This document shows positions 56,103 through 64,000 of a stretch of DNA of 64,000 bases, one piece after another. The translations under genes and the position numbers were made by a program. The stretch's first letter is position 1. Every line of letters starts with the position of its first letter. The notes beneath the pieces are model-generated. The model was not told the DNA's origin. It saw only the letters and a list, made by a program, of their open reading frames with translations, and made no database searches. The DNA is taken from positions 128,001-192,000 of the IMG/VR virus record IMGVR_UViG_3300032254_000001; one strand, 5' to 3'. This DNA is from a virus. Lineage: Duplodnaviria > Caudoviricetes.

Positions 56103-56789
56103 TTACATCTCAAAGTATTGTTCTACTCGGTTCCACCAGCGTCTACGGTGCTTATCAAAGTCTTCTAAGTCAATAATAAACTCCTGGTATTCAAAGTCCT
56201 TGCTACACATCATAATAACACCCTTGCGAATGTTAGTGCCGTAAAGTGCATTATGAGCTTCGCCATAGGCTGCAAGCTGTAAGTAGTAGTCCTGAATCCA
56301 TTCTTCTTTCTTAGGTTTATTGGTTTGCTTAAAGTCAATAATAGCTTCGCCACCTTTGTGTACACCGACGCAATCTGTTGTACCTGCATAGATGTTCGGA
56401 TGACAAACTGGAACTTCTGTTCCCCATATTTCATCTACATTAATCATGCCTTTGTCGATGATAATGCTTGCCATGTGGTTAGCTTGCTTTGCATATGGAT
56501 TTGAACCTGGGATAGCGAGCTCGTCTGTTATGCAATAGTCTTCAAGGTATTTGTGCATACGAGTGCCACGACTAGCTGCTTCGGTTGTTATTGCCTGCGC
56601 TCGTTGAGCACCGACATTCTTGCGCCAATTCGCTAATGCTTCGCGGTCGTCTGCTGGTTTGGTTTTGTCTAGTACTGTTGTGACGGACGGCATAGGTGCG
56701 TATTCTGCACTACCTTCAAGTAGGTAATGTCGCTTGCCGTTTACGTTTTGTCGTTTAAGGGATTTGTAATCGTATTTCTGAGTTATCAT
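56103..56789 (-). CDS. PD-(D/E)XK exonuclease (RecB/Cas4-like phage exonuclease)
   Basis: PSVTTVL, RGTRMH, AGTTDC, IIDFKQT and QLAAY. Confidence 0.85.
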   Translation of the reverse strand: MITQKYDYKSLKRQNVNGKRHYLLEGSAEYAPMPSVTTVLDKTKPADDREALANWRKNVGAQRAQAITTEAASRGTRMHKYLEDYCITDELAIPGSNPYAKQANHMASIIIDKGMINVDEIWGTEVPVCHPNIYAGTTDCVGVHKGGEAIIDFKQTNKPKKEEWIQDYYLQLAAYGEAHNALYGTNIRKGVIMMCSKDFEYQEFIIDLEDFDKHRRRWWNRVEQYFEM

Positions 56790-56795
56790 CTAGCT

Positions 56796-56824
56796 AGTAT
56801 AGCAAAGATGATATTTTATGTCAA
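56796..56824 (-). promoter_or_regulatory. sigma70-type promoter for the exonuclease
   Basis: TTGACA-17-TATACT. Confidence 0.75.
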
Positions 56825-57048
56825 CCGCGTACTTGTGCGTTCATGTATGAAGTGTACAGCCCTTTAAGTTCTTCAAATGACTGTTGTATGTCTTCGATGT
56901 CACCATCTGTAATTGAACTATCAAGCATTTCAATCTCATCTCTAAGTCCACGCATTAAAGATCTAAGCATATCATCGCTACTTCTAAATGTCATGTTTTC
57001 TTTAATTTGTTCTGGCATGTGTTGTTTTATAAAATCTAAATCATCCAT
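56821..57048 (-). CDS. small acidic hypothetical protein
   Basis: 75 aa, coupled ORF. Confidence 0.45.
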   Translation of the reverse strand: MDDLDFIKQHMPEQIKENMTFRSSDDMLRSLMRGLRDEIEMLDSSITDGDIEDIQQSFEELKGLYTSYMNAQVRG

Positions 57049-57644
57049 TACTTTTTAATTCCTTTATTTGCTGCACGTTTTGCCATACCGTCAACTACTC
57101 TTTTAGCTTTATCGACTGACATTTGACCTGGATCAACTTCTCCCTGGCCTTTGAAATGAACTTCTTCTTCGTTAGCATCTTTAATAATACTTTCGAGGCT
57201 ACCTTTTTCAATAAGATCAAACAATGTATCTTTAGTTAATGGAAGTCCCATCTTGTTTACAATACCAATAAATGCTTCGGTACTAAGCTTTGATGGAGAG
57301 TTTTCATCTTCTGTACGATCTGCAATCAACTGACTAATAGCTGCAATCTGGTCTTCGTTCTCAGCTTCTTCTTCAGTAATCTTATTCATTAACTGACGCA
57401 TGTCTGGATACTTGCTTTCGTTTGTTGCACTGTGGTCTGCGACGTCAATCTTTTGTCCACAATGATTGCACGGTTGCATAGGATAGTAATGCGATGCATG
57501 AGAACGCATATCGGTATATGCAAATACAGGTTTTGCTTTTGATGGATCGATTTTGTTATGCACACCACAATTCCCACACTCAAACGAGCCTGTCTTTGTT
57601 TTATGTATAACTGGTTCCGGTAACTTGTACTTGCCTTCGTTCAT
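57048..57644 (-). CDS. hypothetical protein with N-terminal Zn ribbon
   Basis: CGNC and CNHC, followed by an acidic helical domain. Confidence 0.55.
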   Translation of the reverse strand: MNEGKYKLPEPVIHKTKTGSFECGNCGVHNKIDPSKAKPVFAYTDMRSHASHYYPMQPCNHCGQKIDVADHSATNESKYPDMRQLMNKITEEEAENEDQIAAISQLIADRTEDENSPSKLSTEAFIGIVNKMGLPLTKDTLFDLIEKGSLESIIKDANEEEVHFKGQGEVDPGQMSVDKAKRVVDGMAKRAANKGIKK

Positions 57645-58057
57645 TACTGGCCGCCCATTTCCTGTTTGATAGCTTCGTATTCGTCCATTAACTCTTCAAT
57701 TAACGAACCAATGTTTTTATCATTCGATGCAAACTCTTCAGAGCCAGCTACAATAGATAGTTGGGCTAAGCCGTATGACTTCCAGTACGAATGTTGGCGT
57801 GGAGCATATGCACGAATTGCATCATTTAAACGTTCTATAACTTCGAATAGTTCTTGCTGTATGCCCTGGAACTCGTCAATGCCATCACGCATATTTTCAA
57901 GTTCGTTTTCTAGCTGACCTAAATTGTCAGGAGCTTCTTCAAGTTCAGTGTATGTTTCAACAACTTCTTCTGCTTCAGCACCAATACAAAACGGATCGTC
58001 TGATTCTTCAATAGCTTTCATTTTATCAAAAGCTTCATTAAGTATTTTATCTGACAT
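57644..58057 (-). CDS. acidic hypothetical protein, candidate internal head protein
   Basis: MSDKILNEAF leader identical to that of the neighbouring gene. Confidence 0.55.
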   Translation of the reverse strand: MSDKILNEAFDKMKAIEESDDPFCIGAEAEEVVETYTELEEAPDNLGQLENELENMRDGIDEFQGIQQELFEVIERLNDAIRAYAPRQHSYWKSYGLAQLSIVAGSEEFASNDKNIGSLIEELMDEYEAIKQEMGGQ

Positions 58058-58332
58058 TAATCTTCTCCTCGTACTTGCATTTCCAATCCTGGAAGTGTGT
58101 CACCAAGATCATCCATTAGAGCTGAGAGCCTAGCTTGGATTGCCTTGCGATCACCATCATAACCTAGCGCATCCATTTGACGGCCAAGCTGCCCTAATTC
58201 AAGGCGCTCATACATAGCTTCCGTGTTATCAAAAAGCTTAGCCAATGCTCTAAAAACCATCTTATCTGCATTGCCTTCTTCTTCGAGCTGGGATAGTCTA
58301 TTAAAAGCTTCATTAAGTATTTTATCTGACAT
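58057..58332 (-). CDS. acidic hypothetical protein, candidate internal head protein
   Basis: MSDKILNEAF leader. Confidence 0.55.
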   Translation of the reverse strand: MSDKILNEAFNRLSQLEEEGNADKMVFRALAKLFDNTEAMYERLELGQLGRQMDALGYDGDRKAIQARLSALMDDLGDTLPGLEMQVRGED

Positions 58333-58333
58333 A

Positions 58334-59248
58334 TTAACGACGCTCGCGACCTAAGTCGATTTCCTCGTCGTCTGCTTCAAGATCTAAATCAAACTCATCG
58401 CCGCCTAGTTCATCGCCACCAAGCTCGTCGCCCATGTCGCCCATGCCTAAGTCTAGTTCTTCTTCGCCGCCCATTTCATCACCGCCGTCGAATGAGTCTA
58501 AGTCTAAATCGCCATCACCCATTGCTACTTCTTGTCCAGTTAACGATGCTACTGCATTGTTAACATCGCCTTTAGCCTGTTCAAGTGAAGAAGTTAATGC
58601 GTCAAGTGAAGAGCTAACCGAAGTGTTAAATGATTCTGCTGACTCTACACCTTGTGCATCACGGATGCTATCGTGTAATGCTGGTAATGATTTGTACTTA
58701 ATGTCTGCAAACTTTTCAATCATTGACTGAATTTGATCTGCGATATCTTGTGCTGCAATTGTGGTTTGAGCCTGTCCGATTTCATTTTCCAAAAGTTTCT
58801 TAGCTTTCTTGCTTTCAACAATCTTCTTCATGAAAGTTTGTGCTGTCTTTTGGTTGCGTAGGACTGATTGCATATCTTCTGATATACGTAGTGCTTGCAA
58901 TTGACCTTCTGAAAGAGTGCCACCTAATGCAGCAATCTTAAGAGCTTTGTTTAATAATTTGTTGTTCATTTCAGATTCCTGTATTTGTTTGCTTGTAGTT
59001 AGTTCTGCTGCTCTTTTATCAGCTGCCTCGTTTACCATAAGCAATTTCATATACGATGCGTTATTTTCGCTCGAATATAGATCGTTCTTCTGCTTAAACT
59101 CAACAAGCAACTTGTCTGTGTTATTAAGAAGCTTAACCGACTCTTTCAAGTTCAGTTTTTCTATGTTATAATTAGTACCAAATTGGGCTTTAATTAAATC
59201 AGCAACTGCCGTGGCGTCCACTGGTTTTGATAAGTCATCTAAGTTCAT
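58334..59248 (-). CDS. putative prohead core/scaffold-like protein
   Basis: Helical, with multiple [LIV]xE sites (LKES, IVES, LLEN) and an acidic Gly-rich tail. Confidence 0.45.
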   Translation of the reverse strand: MNLDDLSKPVDATAVADLIKAQFGTNYNIEKLNLKESVKLLNNTDKLLVEFKQKNDLYSSENNASYMKLLMVNEAADKRAAELTTSKQIQESEMNNKLLNKALKIAALGGTLSEGQLQALRISEDMQSVLRNQKTAQTFMKKIVESKKAKKLLENEIGQAQTTIAAQDIADQIQSMIEKFADIKYKSLPALHDSIRDAQGVESAESFNTSVSSSLDALTSSLEQAKGDVNNAVASLTGQEVAMGDGDLDLDSFDGGDEMGGEEELDLGMGDMGDELGGDELGGDEFDLDLEADDEEIDLGRERR

Positions 59249-59303
59249 GTGAGTTCATTCCTCTAATTTGTATGTATTTAGCCGATTTAGTCAAAATGAA
59301 TAA

Positions 59304-59774
59304 TTACTTGTTTCTGCGCTTTTTGAGCTTAAGAGCCTTGGCGCTGTCTACGCATCCTGCTAGTTGTTTCTTAAAAATTTGTCTGTTGTTGATGTCTTCT
59401 GTTAACCGTGCTAATAATATTGCTCGGTCATCTAGCTTATTAACATGTTCCAGCATATGAGTTAATACGTCAACATCAATCTGCTTTGCATTAACTTGTG
59501 AATCAAGGAATTGCATCTTGTTTGCTAAAACGTGGTTGCCTGCTTTACATGCAATACACCATGCTAGTGCCACTTTAGCTGTATTGAAGATTAATGGTTC
59601 GTCCCCTAACAGTGTAGTAACTTGCCAGCCCAGTGGAGTCTCCTCAATTGAGTAAGCACCGTAGGCTTGATATGTATTACCTTTCTGTATAATGATCTGC
59701 TGTTCTAGATCATCTTGTGTCAATGTTTTGTTGGCTATTCTGCGTAGGGATTTACTAACGTCTTTATACTTCAT
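59304..59774 (-). CDS. hypothetical protein
   Basis: 156 aa. Confidence 0.5.
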   Translation of the reverse strand: MKYKDVSKSLRRIANKTLTQDDLEQQIIIQKGNTYQAYGAYSIEETPLGWQVTTLLGDEPLIFNTAKVALAWCIACKAGNHVLANKMQFLDSQVNAKQIDVDVLTHMLEHVNKLDDRAILLARLTEDINNRQIFKKQLAGCVDSAKALKLKKRRNK

Positions 59775-60174
59775 AGGTTTCGAACCTCATGTTCGGTGCA
59801 TAGTTTTCATTAGTTAATTCTAAATCTTTCTTTTCATCTAAGCCTGTCAGCAGTGGCACATTTTCAATATCTTCTTGTAACAACCCTAACGGGTTGCCAT
59901 TCTTTCTGAATACATCAATATGCTCGATGTCAAACTCAAGAGTCCAATCTAACTCATTAACAATCGTACGGATGTTATATGGTTGAGTACGCAACGAAAT
60001 AATTTGAATTAGAGTTTCCCAGTTTGTTTGCTGGCGCCTGCAATGAATCCATTCTTCTTCTGTATGGATTAGCTGTCCGTTAATTTTTGCTGGTAATAAA
60101 TTCTTTTTAAAGTTACGCACCACACCTGTATTTGTTATATCAAAGTCTGTATGAATCTTGATGTGTTGTGGCAT
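59764..60174 (-). CDS. hypothetical protein
   Basis: 136 aa; TAAATA 4 nt before ATG. Confidence 0.55.
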   Translation of the reverse strand: MPQHIKIHTDFDITNTGVVRNFKKNLLPAKINGQLIHTEEEWIHCRRQQTNWETLIQIISLRTQPYNIRTIVNELDWTLEFDIEHIDVFRKNGNPLGLLQEDIENVPLLTGLDEKKDLELTNENYAPNMRFETYEV

Positions 60175-60206
60175 GTTGTATTTAACTAGCTAGAAACTCA
60201 GGCCAT

Positions 60207-60235
60207 AAAAAAGCCCCTAATGAAAGAGGCTTTTT
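60207..60235 (-). terminator. rho-independent terminator
   Basis: aaaaagcc...ggcttttt hairpin downstream of 60254..60598. Confidence 0.7.
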
Positions 60236-60253
60236 AATAATACTAAGTTATAC

Positions 60254-60598
60254 TTAGATTGCGAAAGCTGCTACTGTTTCACCAGTTAATTCAGCTAACT
60301 TCTCATAGATAGTCATATCATATGTGTTCTGACCAGCTGACTTATACTTGTCGCCAACTGCATCAACACCTTCGATGATCATGTTAACTTCTGTATCTGT
60401 TGCTGCGAAAGCACCAACTACTGAAATTGTGCAAATAGTTTCAATTGCTAAAACTGCTGCATCAAGCTCAGGCCATGCTGCTGTTACGCCAGCGCCTGCT
60501 GGTGCTGCTGTCATTGCTGATACGTTAATACCTACAATAGTACGACCAAAAAATTGATCTGCTTCTGTATAACCGTTTACTTTTGTTACGCCTGCCAT
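60254..60598 (-). CDS. small Ala-rich putative virion protein
   Basis: Monocistronic unit with TAAATA, AGGAG SD and a terminator, suggesting an abundant late protein. Confidence 0.5.
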   Translation of the reverse strand: MAGVTKVNGYTEADQFFGRTIVGINVSAMTAAPAGAGVTAAWPELDAAVLAIETICTISVVGAFAATDTEVNMIIEGVDAVGDKYKSAGQNTYDMTIYEKLAELTGETVAAFAI

Positions 60599-60678
60599 TT
60601 TAATTCTCCTAATTTATGTGGGTGTCTTATGTTATCCCGTTGTAATTATTTATCTCTCTTGGAAGATTTTTAATCGTT

Positions 60679-62628
60679 TTATCTATGCAAAGCACGATTT
60701 GCGGCAGTAAATTTGTGTCTTGATACTAATTTTACTGGTCCATCAGCGGTCTTTACTACATATCCTTCGCCGCCTTTCTCACCACCAATTGACTGTTGTA
60801 CATCAGTTGGGTGGGAATCAAATTCGTCTACTAACCAATCTTTAAGCTTCATTACGCCTCTGATTAGCGTCCATAATGCATTAACACCTTTCTTGTGGTT
60901 CGTTAAGTATGCACCGATATTAGCACGTTTCTTGTCTGTTAACTTTTCTGTGTTTAACCACTGAGCAAAGTCGTTGCCTAAGTTTTCAAGTCCTGTGTCA
61001 ACACTGTTGTTGATGTACTTGTAGAACAATTGATGTATGTTAGCAATACCTTTAAGGCCTGCTGGATCAAACAATGCTTTGATTTCTGCTGCATGTTTGT
61101 TAGCAAATGCTTCTAACTTATCAATCGGACCTGTGTTAATCTTAGATGGCTGTTGCACATACACAGGAGGAATAATAAGTACTTCATTACCTTGTAGATG
61201 CTTAATAGCTTCTTCTGTTGTGTTGAACTGATCACCTATGTACTTGTGTACAGTGATGCCTGTCTTACTCGCACCAATAGCTTTGCCTAGCTTAGAGTCT
61301 TTGTTTACTTCATAACGCACTACGTTAGGTTGGAACACGTATCCTACATGATCCTCTAACCCAGGAGTATTAAAGTACATTAAATCTCCGCTTAGGAAAC
61401 CGCGGAAATCCTTCGGTGTTGCTTTTTCGTACTCATCAAATATGTCACCCATGTTAGTTATAAACTGCTGGCGTGACTGATCCATTGACGGACTTCTGTT
61501 TGTTAGCATCTTCTGTAATTCTTTAGCCGACTTTGATTTACCATCGTAGCCTTTAGCTGCAAAACCAGACTTATCAGTTAACATAAACTGACCGTTTTCA
61601 TCGCGGCCAAATACAATAGCAGGACTTCCATCCCACTTAATAGTTGTTTCGGAGTGTGCTGAACCTTCTGCAAATGCACGTAGAGTTTTTATTGCTTTGT
61701 ACAGTCCGCTTGGACCTTCATCTAAGACTAAGTCTTCAAGATGGTTCATGTCGCGAAGTTTACCTTCAGCTACATATTCTTTGTAAGCTGGCTCAGTGTT
61801 ATCAAACAGTGGCTCCATATCCATATTAACTATTCTGTCACGTAAACGTGCAAGGAAGTATTCGTCCGGATCATTTGATTCGTGTACTTCTGTCTGTTCT
61901 GGCATTGGTAATTGAACACCATAATGTTCTGCTAGTGTTGCCACTGCTTCGCCAATAAGAGCTTCAATTTTGTCGGGCTGTCCCTTGTACTTTTTGTATA
62001 CATATTCTAAGATGCTGTTTACGCTTAAGTCCATTGGGTTAGCTGAATAGCCTGGTAGTAACTTACGCACAATCTCTTTTGGATCCTGCGAAATTGTTTC
62101 GTTTGTAGCACGATTAACTAGGCCTTCTTTGTAAGACCACTTCATGCCTTGTGCTTTTGCAATGCTTGCCATAATGATATGTCTATGCATACCTTTAAAT
62201 TCACCAGGTTCGCCACGCATTGACCAAGCCTGAAAATGTGGGTTACCAAACATTAAATCTAGTTGTGCAAACTCGCCTGTTTCTCTACCATTCTCGTCTC
62301 GGATAGGAGTTTTAAAGTGTACGTTGTCGCCACTTAATTTAACCCATGCGCCCGGAGTTTGACCTTGTTGCTTTGCCCAAGCTTTTAGTGTATTAGCAAC
62401 TTCTTTCTTATCGTGTACACTGCTGTCCACAGATACGTCTATGTCGCCGCTTGATGCTTTTTTGCCTGTTGTACCAAGCCATTGATCTAACTTGAAGCCA
62501 AGTATCTTTTCTACAAATTTAAGTGAAGAAGCAATGCTTTCTTTAGGAATACGTACTGTTACAGGCTTCTTGTCTGGTCCCTTAAAGACGTTGCCGCCCT
62601 CAAATAGCTTATAGTATGAGCTTAACAT
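60679..62628 (-). CDS. fusion of a pol-beta-type nucleotidyltransferase and a ligase-type (KxDG) nucleotidyltransferase
   Basis: N-half: LGTTGKKASSGDIDV...QLDLM. C-half: HLEDL, TIKWDGSPA, GDLM, EGYVVK and VKLVSR. Start re-called at 62628. Confidence 0.7.
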   Translation of the reverse strand: MLSSYYKLFEGGNVFKGPDKKPVTVRIPKESIASSLKFVEKILGFKLDQWLGTTGKKASSGDIDVSVDSSVHDKKEVANTLKAWAKQQGQTPGAWVKLSGDNVHFKTPIRDENGRETGEFAQLDLMFGNPHFQAWSMRGEPGEFKGMHRHIIMASIAKAQGMKWSYKEGLVNRATNETISQDPKEIVRKLLPGYSANPMDLSVNSILEYVYKKYKGQPDKIEALIGEAVATLAEHYGVQLPMPEQTEVHESNDPDEYFLARLRDRIVNMDMEPLFDNTEPAYKEYVAEGKLRDMNHLEDLVLDEGPSGLYKAIKTLRAFAEGSAHSETTIKWDGSPAIVFGRDENGQFMLTDKSGFAAKGYDGKSKSAKELQKMLTNRSPSMDQSRQQFITNMGDIFDEYEKATPKDFRGFLSGDLMYFNTPGLEDHVGYVFQPNVVRYEVNKDSKLGKAIGASKTGITVHKYIGDQFNTTEEAIKHLQGNEVLIIPPVYVQQPSKINTGPIDKLEAFANKHAAEIKALFDPAGLKGIANIHQLFYKYINNSVDTGLENLGNDFAQWLNTEKLTDKKRANIGAYLTNHKKGVNALWTLIRGVMKLKDWLVDEFDSHPTDVQQSIGGEKGGEGYVVKTADGPVKLVSRHKFTAANRALHR

Positions 62629-63041
62629 TATGCGTCCTCTGATTCGTCGTAACGAGAATAGCCCATTGACCACAATGTCATAGCTTCAATATTATGTGCT
62701 ATAGATACATCTTTCTTAATGTTGCCTGGATTGGCCATTACGCTATCTATTATTTCTCGTGCTGGGCCTTTTAAATCGCCCTTGTATGGATCTACTTTTA
62801 ATGTTTTCTTCAAGACGTTTATTACAAGTCTTGCTAGATCGTTTTGCGTCATTTCTGTCTCAGACGCATCTGCTCTGCCCAAAGCATTGTTTACTTTGTT
62901 TGCTAGTAGCTGATGGATGGCTTTTGCTATCTTTGGTACGTTGGCTTTCTGTGCTTTAGAATGGCGCTTGGCAATTGATGCCCTGGATGTTTTATCAAAC
63001 CAGTCGCCTATTCCTTCGTTAACAAATTCACTTGCTTTCAT
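62628..63041 (-). CDS. hypothetical protein with capsid-targeting-like leader
   Basis: Begins MKASEFVNEG. Confidence 0.55.
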   Translation of the reverse strand: MKASEFVNEGIGDWFDKTSRASIAKRHSKAQKANVPKIAKAIHQLLANKVNNALGRADASETEMTQNDLARLVINVLKKTLKVDPYKGDLKGPAREIIDSVMANPGNIKKDVSIAHNIEAMTLWSMGYSRYDESEDA

Positions 63042-63276
63042 TTACTCGTCCTAAACTTCTTTTGAATTTTAACGAGTCTTTTTGCTTAATAGAGTTTAGA
63101 AGCTTGCGGGTAAGATCCTCAACTTCTTCACTAGTGTATGTTTCTTCCATTAAATCTATTAGATTGATAGCACTTGCGATAATATTTTCGGCACGTGTCT
63201 CAATCACATACCGCGAATCGCGAGCATTATGCATTAGTTCAAGTTCTTCTAATATACTTCGTGTATGCTTTTTCAT
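63028..63276 (-). CDS. hypothetical phage protein
   Basis: 82 aa; TAAATA upstream at 63304-63309. Confidence 0.55.
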   Translation of the reverse strand: MKKHTRSILEELELMHNARDSRYVIETRAENIIASAINLIDLMEETYTSEEVEDLTRKLLNSIKQKDSLKFKRSLGRVNESK

Positions 63277-63306
63277 TAAGTAATTCTCGTTTATACTATC
63301 TTATAT

Positions 63307-64000
63307 TTATGGTGATTTGTAAAATGAAAGAAACTCTGGAAAGTATTTACTAATGTCCATGTTCCTTTTATTATCTTGATCCGTGACAAAATCAACTATT
63401 TCGCCGACTGTATCGCTTGCTGCGGGCTTAGGAATTTGGTCTAATACTGCTGGATGATGTAATTCAAGCCACTGGTAGTGTGCTTTTGAAATCCTGTGTA
63501 ACCCAAATTTGCCGCCAGCTGCATGTCGAACAATATAGCTAGCATCGCCAGATTTATTAGTTCTAATTATACTGTTATTAAACCAATCCGTTAACTTATG
63601 CATTCTGTGTATATTTAATAGACTAAGTGTCTGCTCAATTTTAAACATAACATTGCCCGGCATAGTACTGTAAAATGTTTCAATCTGCTCCTCAATGCTT
63701 TTCCACTTAGTTGGAAAACGTTGGTATTCGTACGCATCTTCAACATCATCTATACTAATATATAGCTCAACTAATTTGAACTCGTTGAATAATTCCAGCA
63801 CACGCTTCGATGGTTGTACTGTGCCATTGGTATGATACATTAAATTAATCTTGCTAGTATCACAGTGTTCTTTTATGTATTCAAGGAACAATACATTACG
63901 AGATGAAAGGAATGGCTCGCCACCCTTAAATTGTATCTTCTTTAAAATTGATAGATCGAAATTATCCAGTGACTTCTGTATAACTTCAAAATCATTAGTT
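63307..64000 (-). CDS. radical SAM enzyme, 5'-truncated by the window edge
   Basis: The frame is open past the window edge; manual translation gives IQFKGGEPFL, then YHTNGT and ISID. The CxxxCxxC motif would lie outside the window. Confidence 0.75.
   Translation of the reverse strand, partial: TNDFEVIQKSLDNFDLSILKKIQFKGGEPFLSSRNVLFLEYIKEHCDTSKINLMYHTNGTVQPSKRVLELFNEFKLVELYISIDDVEDAYEYQRFPTKWKSIEEQIETFYSTMPGNVMFKIEQTLSLLNIHRMHKLTDWFNNSIIRTNKSGDASYIVRHAAGGKFGLHRISKAHYQWLELHHPAVLDQIPKPAASDTVGEIVDFVTDQDNKRNMDISKYFPEFLSFYKSP

Noticed and set aside
56103-56789. Cas4 indicating a CRISPR system
   Set aside because: No Fe-S cysteine set, array or other cas genes; it fits the common phage PD-(D/E)XK exonuclease.
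1-64000. Alternative genetic code (stop-codon reassignment seen in some large phages)
   Set aside because: Conserved genes (nrdA, nrdB, ligase, clpX, phoH) are full length in code 11, and TAG and TGA occur as real stops.
1-64000. Bacterial chromosome origin suggested by groES, clpP, clpX, clpS, rpsU and EAL
   Set aside because: These genes are interleaved with baseplate, PAAR, clamp loader, ATP-dependent ligase and HNH genes, lack bacterial operon context (no groEL, tig or lon), and sit under TAAATA promoters.
1-64000. tRNA or rRNA genes
   Set aside because: No GGTTCGAATCC-type T-arm with cloverleaf context was seen in intergenic regions by eye; tRNAscan-SE would be the decisive check.

Overview
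This window is an AT-rich, gene-dense segment of a large T4-like or 'jumbo' myophage genome, mostly transcribed on the minus strand and using the standard genetic code. No tRNA, rRNA or CRISPR array was seen. It carries replication and nucleotide genes (clamp-loader small subunit, ATP-dependent DNA ligase, class Ia nrdA/nrdB, glutaredoxin, PD-(D/E)XK exonuclease, MazG, PhoH, a DnaE fragment), contractile-tail parts (gp9/gp10-like, PAAR, Ig-rich baseplate-like protein, several fibre or spike genes) and two free-standing HNH endonucleases. Host-like genes are unusually many: ClpP, ClpX, ClpS, Hsp20, two GroES, ribosomal protein bS21, an intact EAL phosphodiesterase and a SpoT-like HD hydrolase. 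An operon encodes UDP-sugar dehydrogenase, 2OG-Fe(II) oxygenase and amidinotransferase, next to a divergent glycosyltransferase. The most notable signals are: (i) a pol-beta nucleotidyltransferase fused to a ligase-type nucleotidyltransferase behind a head-targeting-like leader, one of about 10 proteins with such leaders; (ii) T4-late-like TAAATA boxes 4-6 nt before ATG, implying leaderless late mRNAs; (iii) duplicated sigma70 promoter modules carrying consensus IHF sites; (iv) a ROSE-like RNA thermometer on hsp20; and (v) a probable AUC start codon on a tail-spike gene. Shine-Dalgarno use, IHF sites, the ROSE motif and the bS21 type suggest a proteobacterial host (inference). All family calls come from motif recognition by eye, with no database search.
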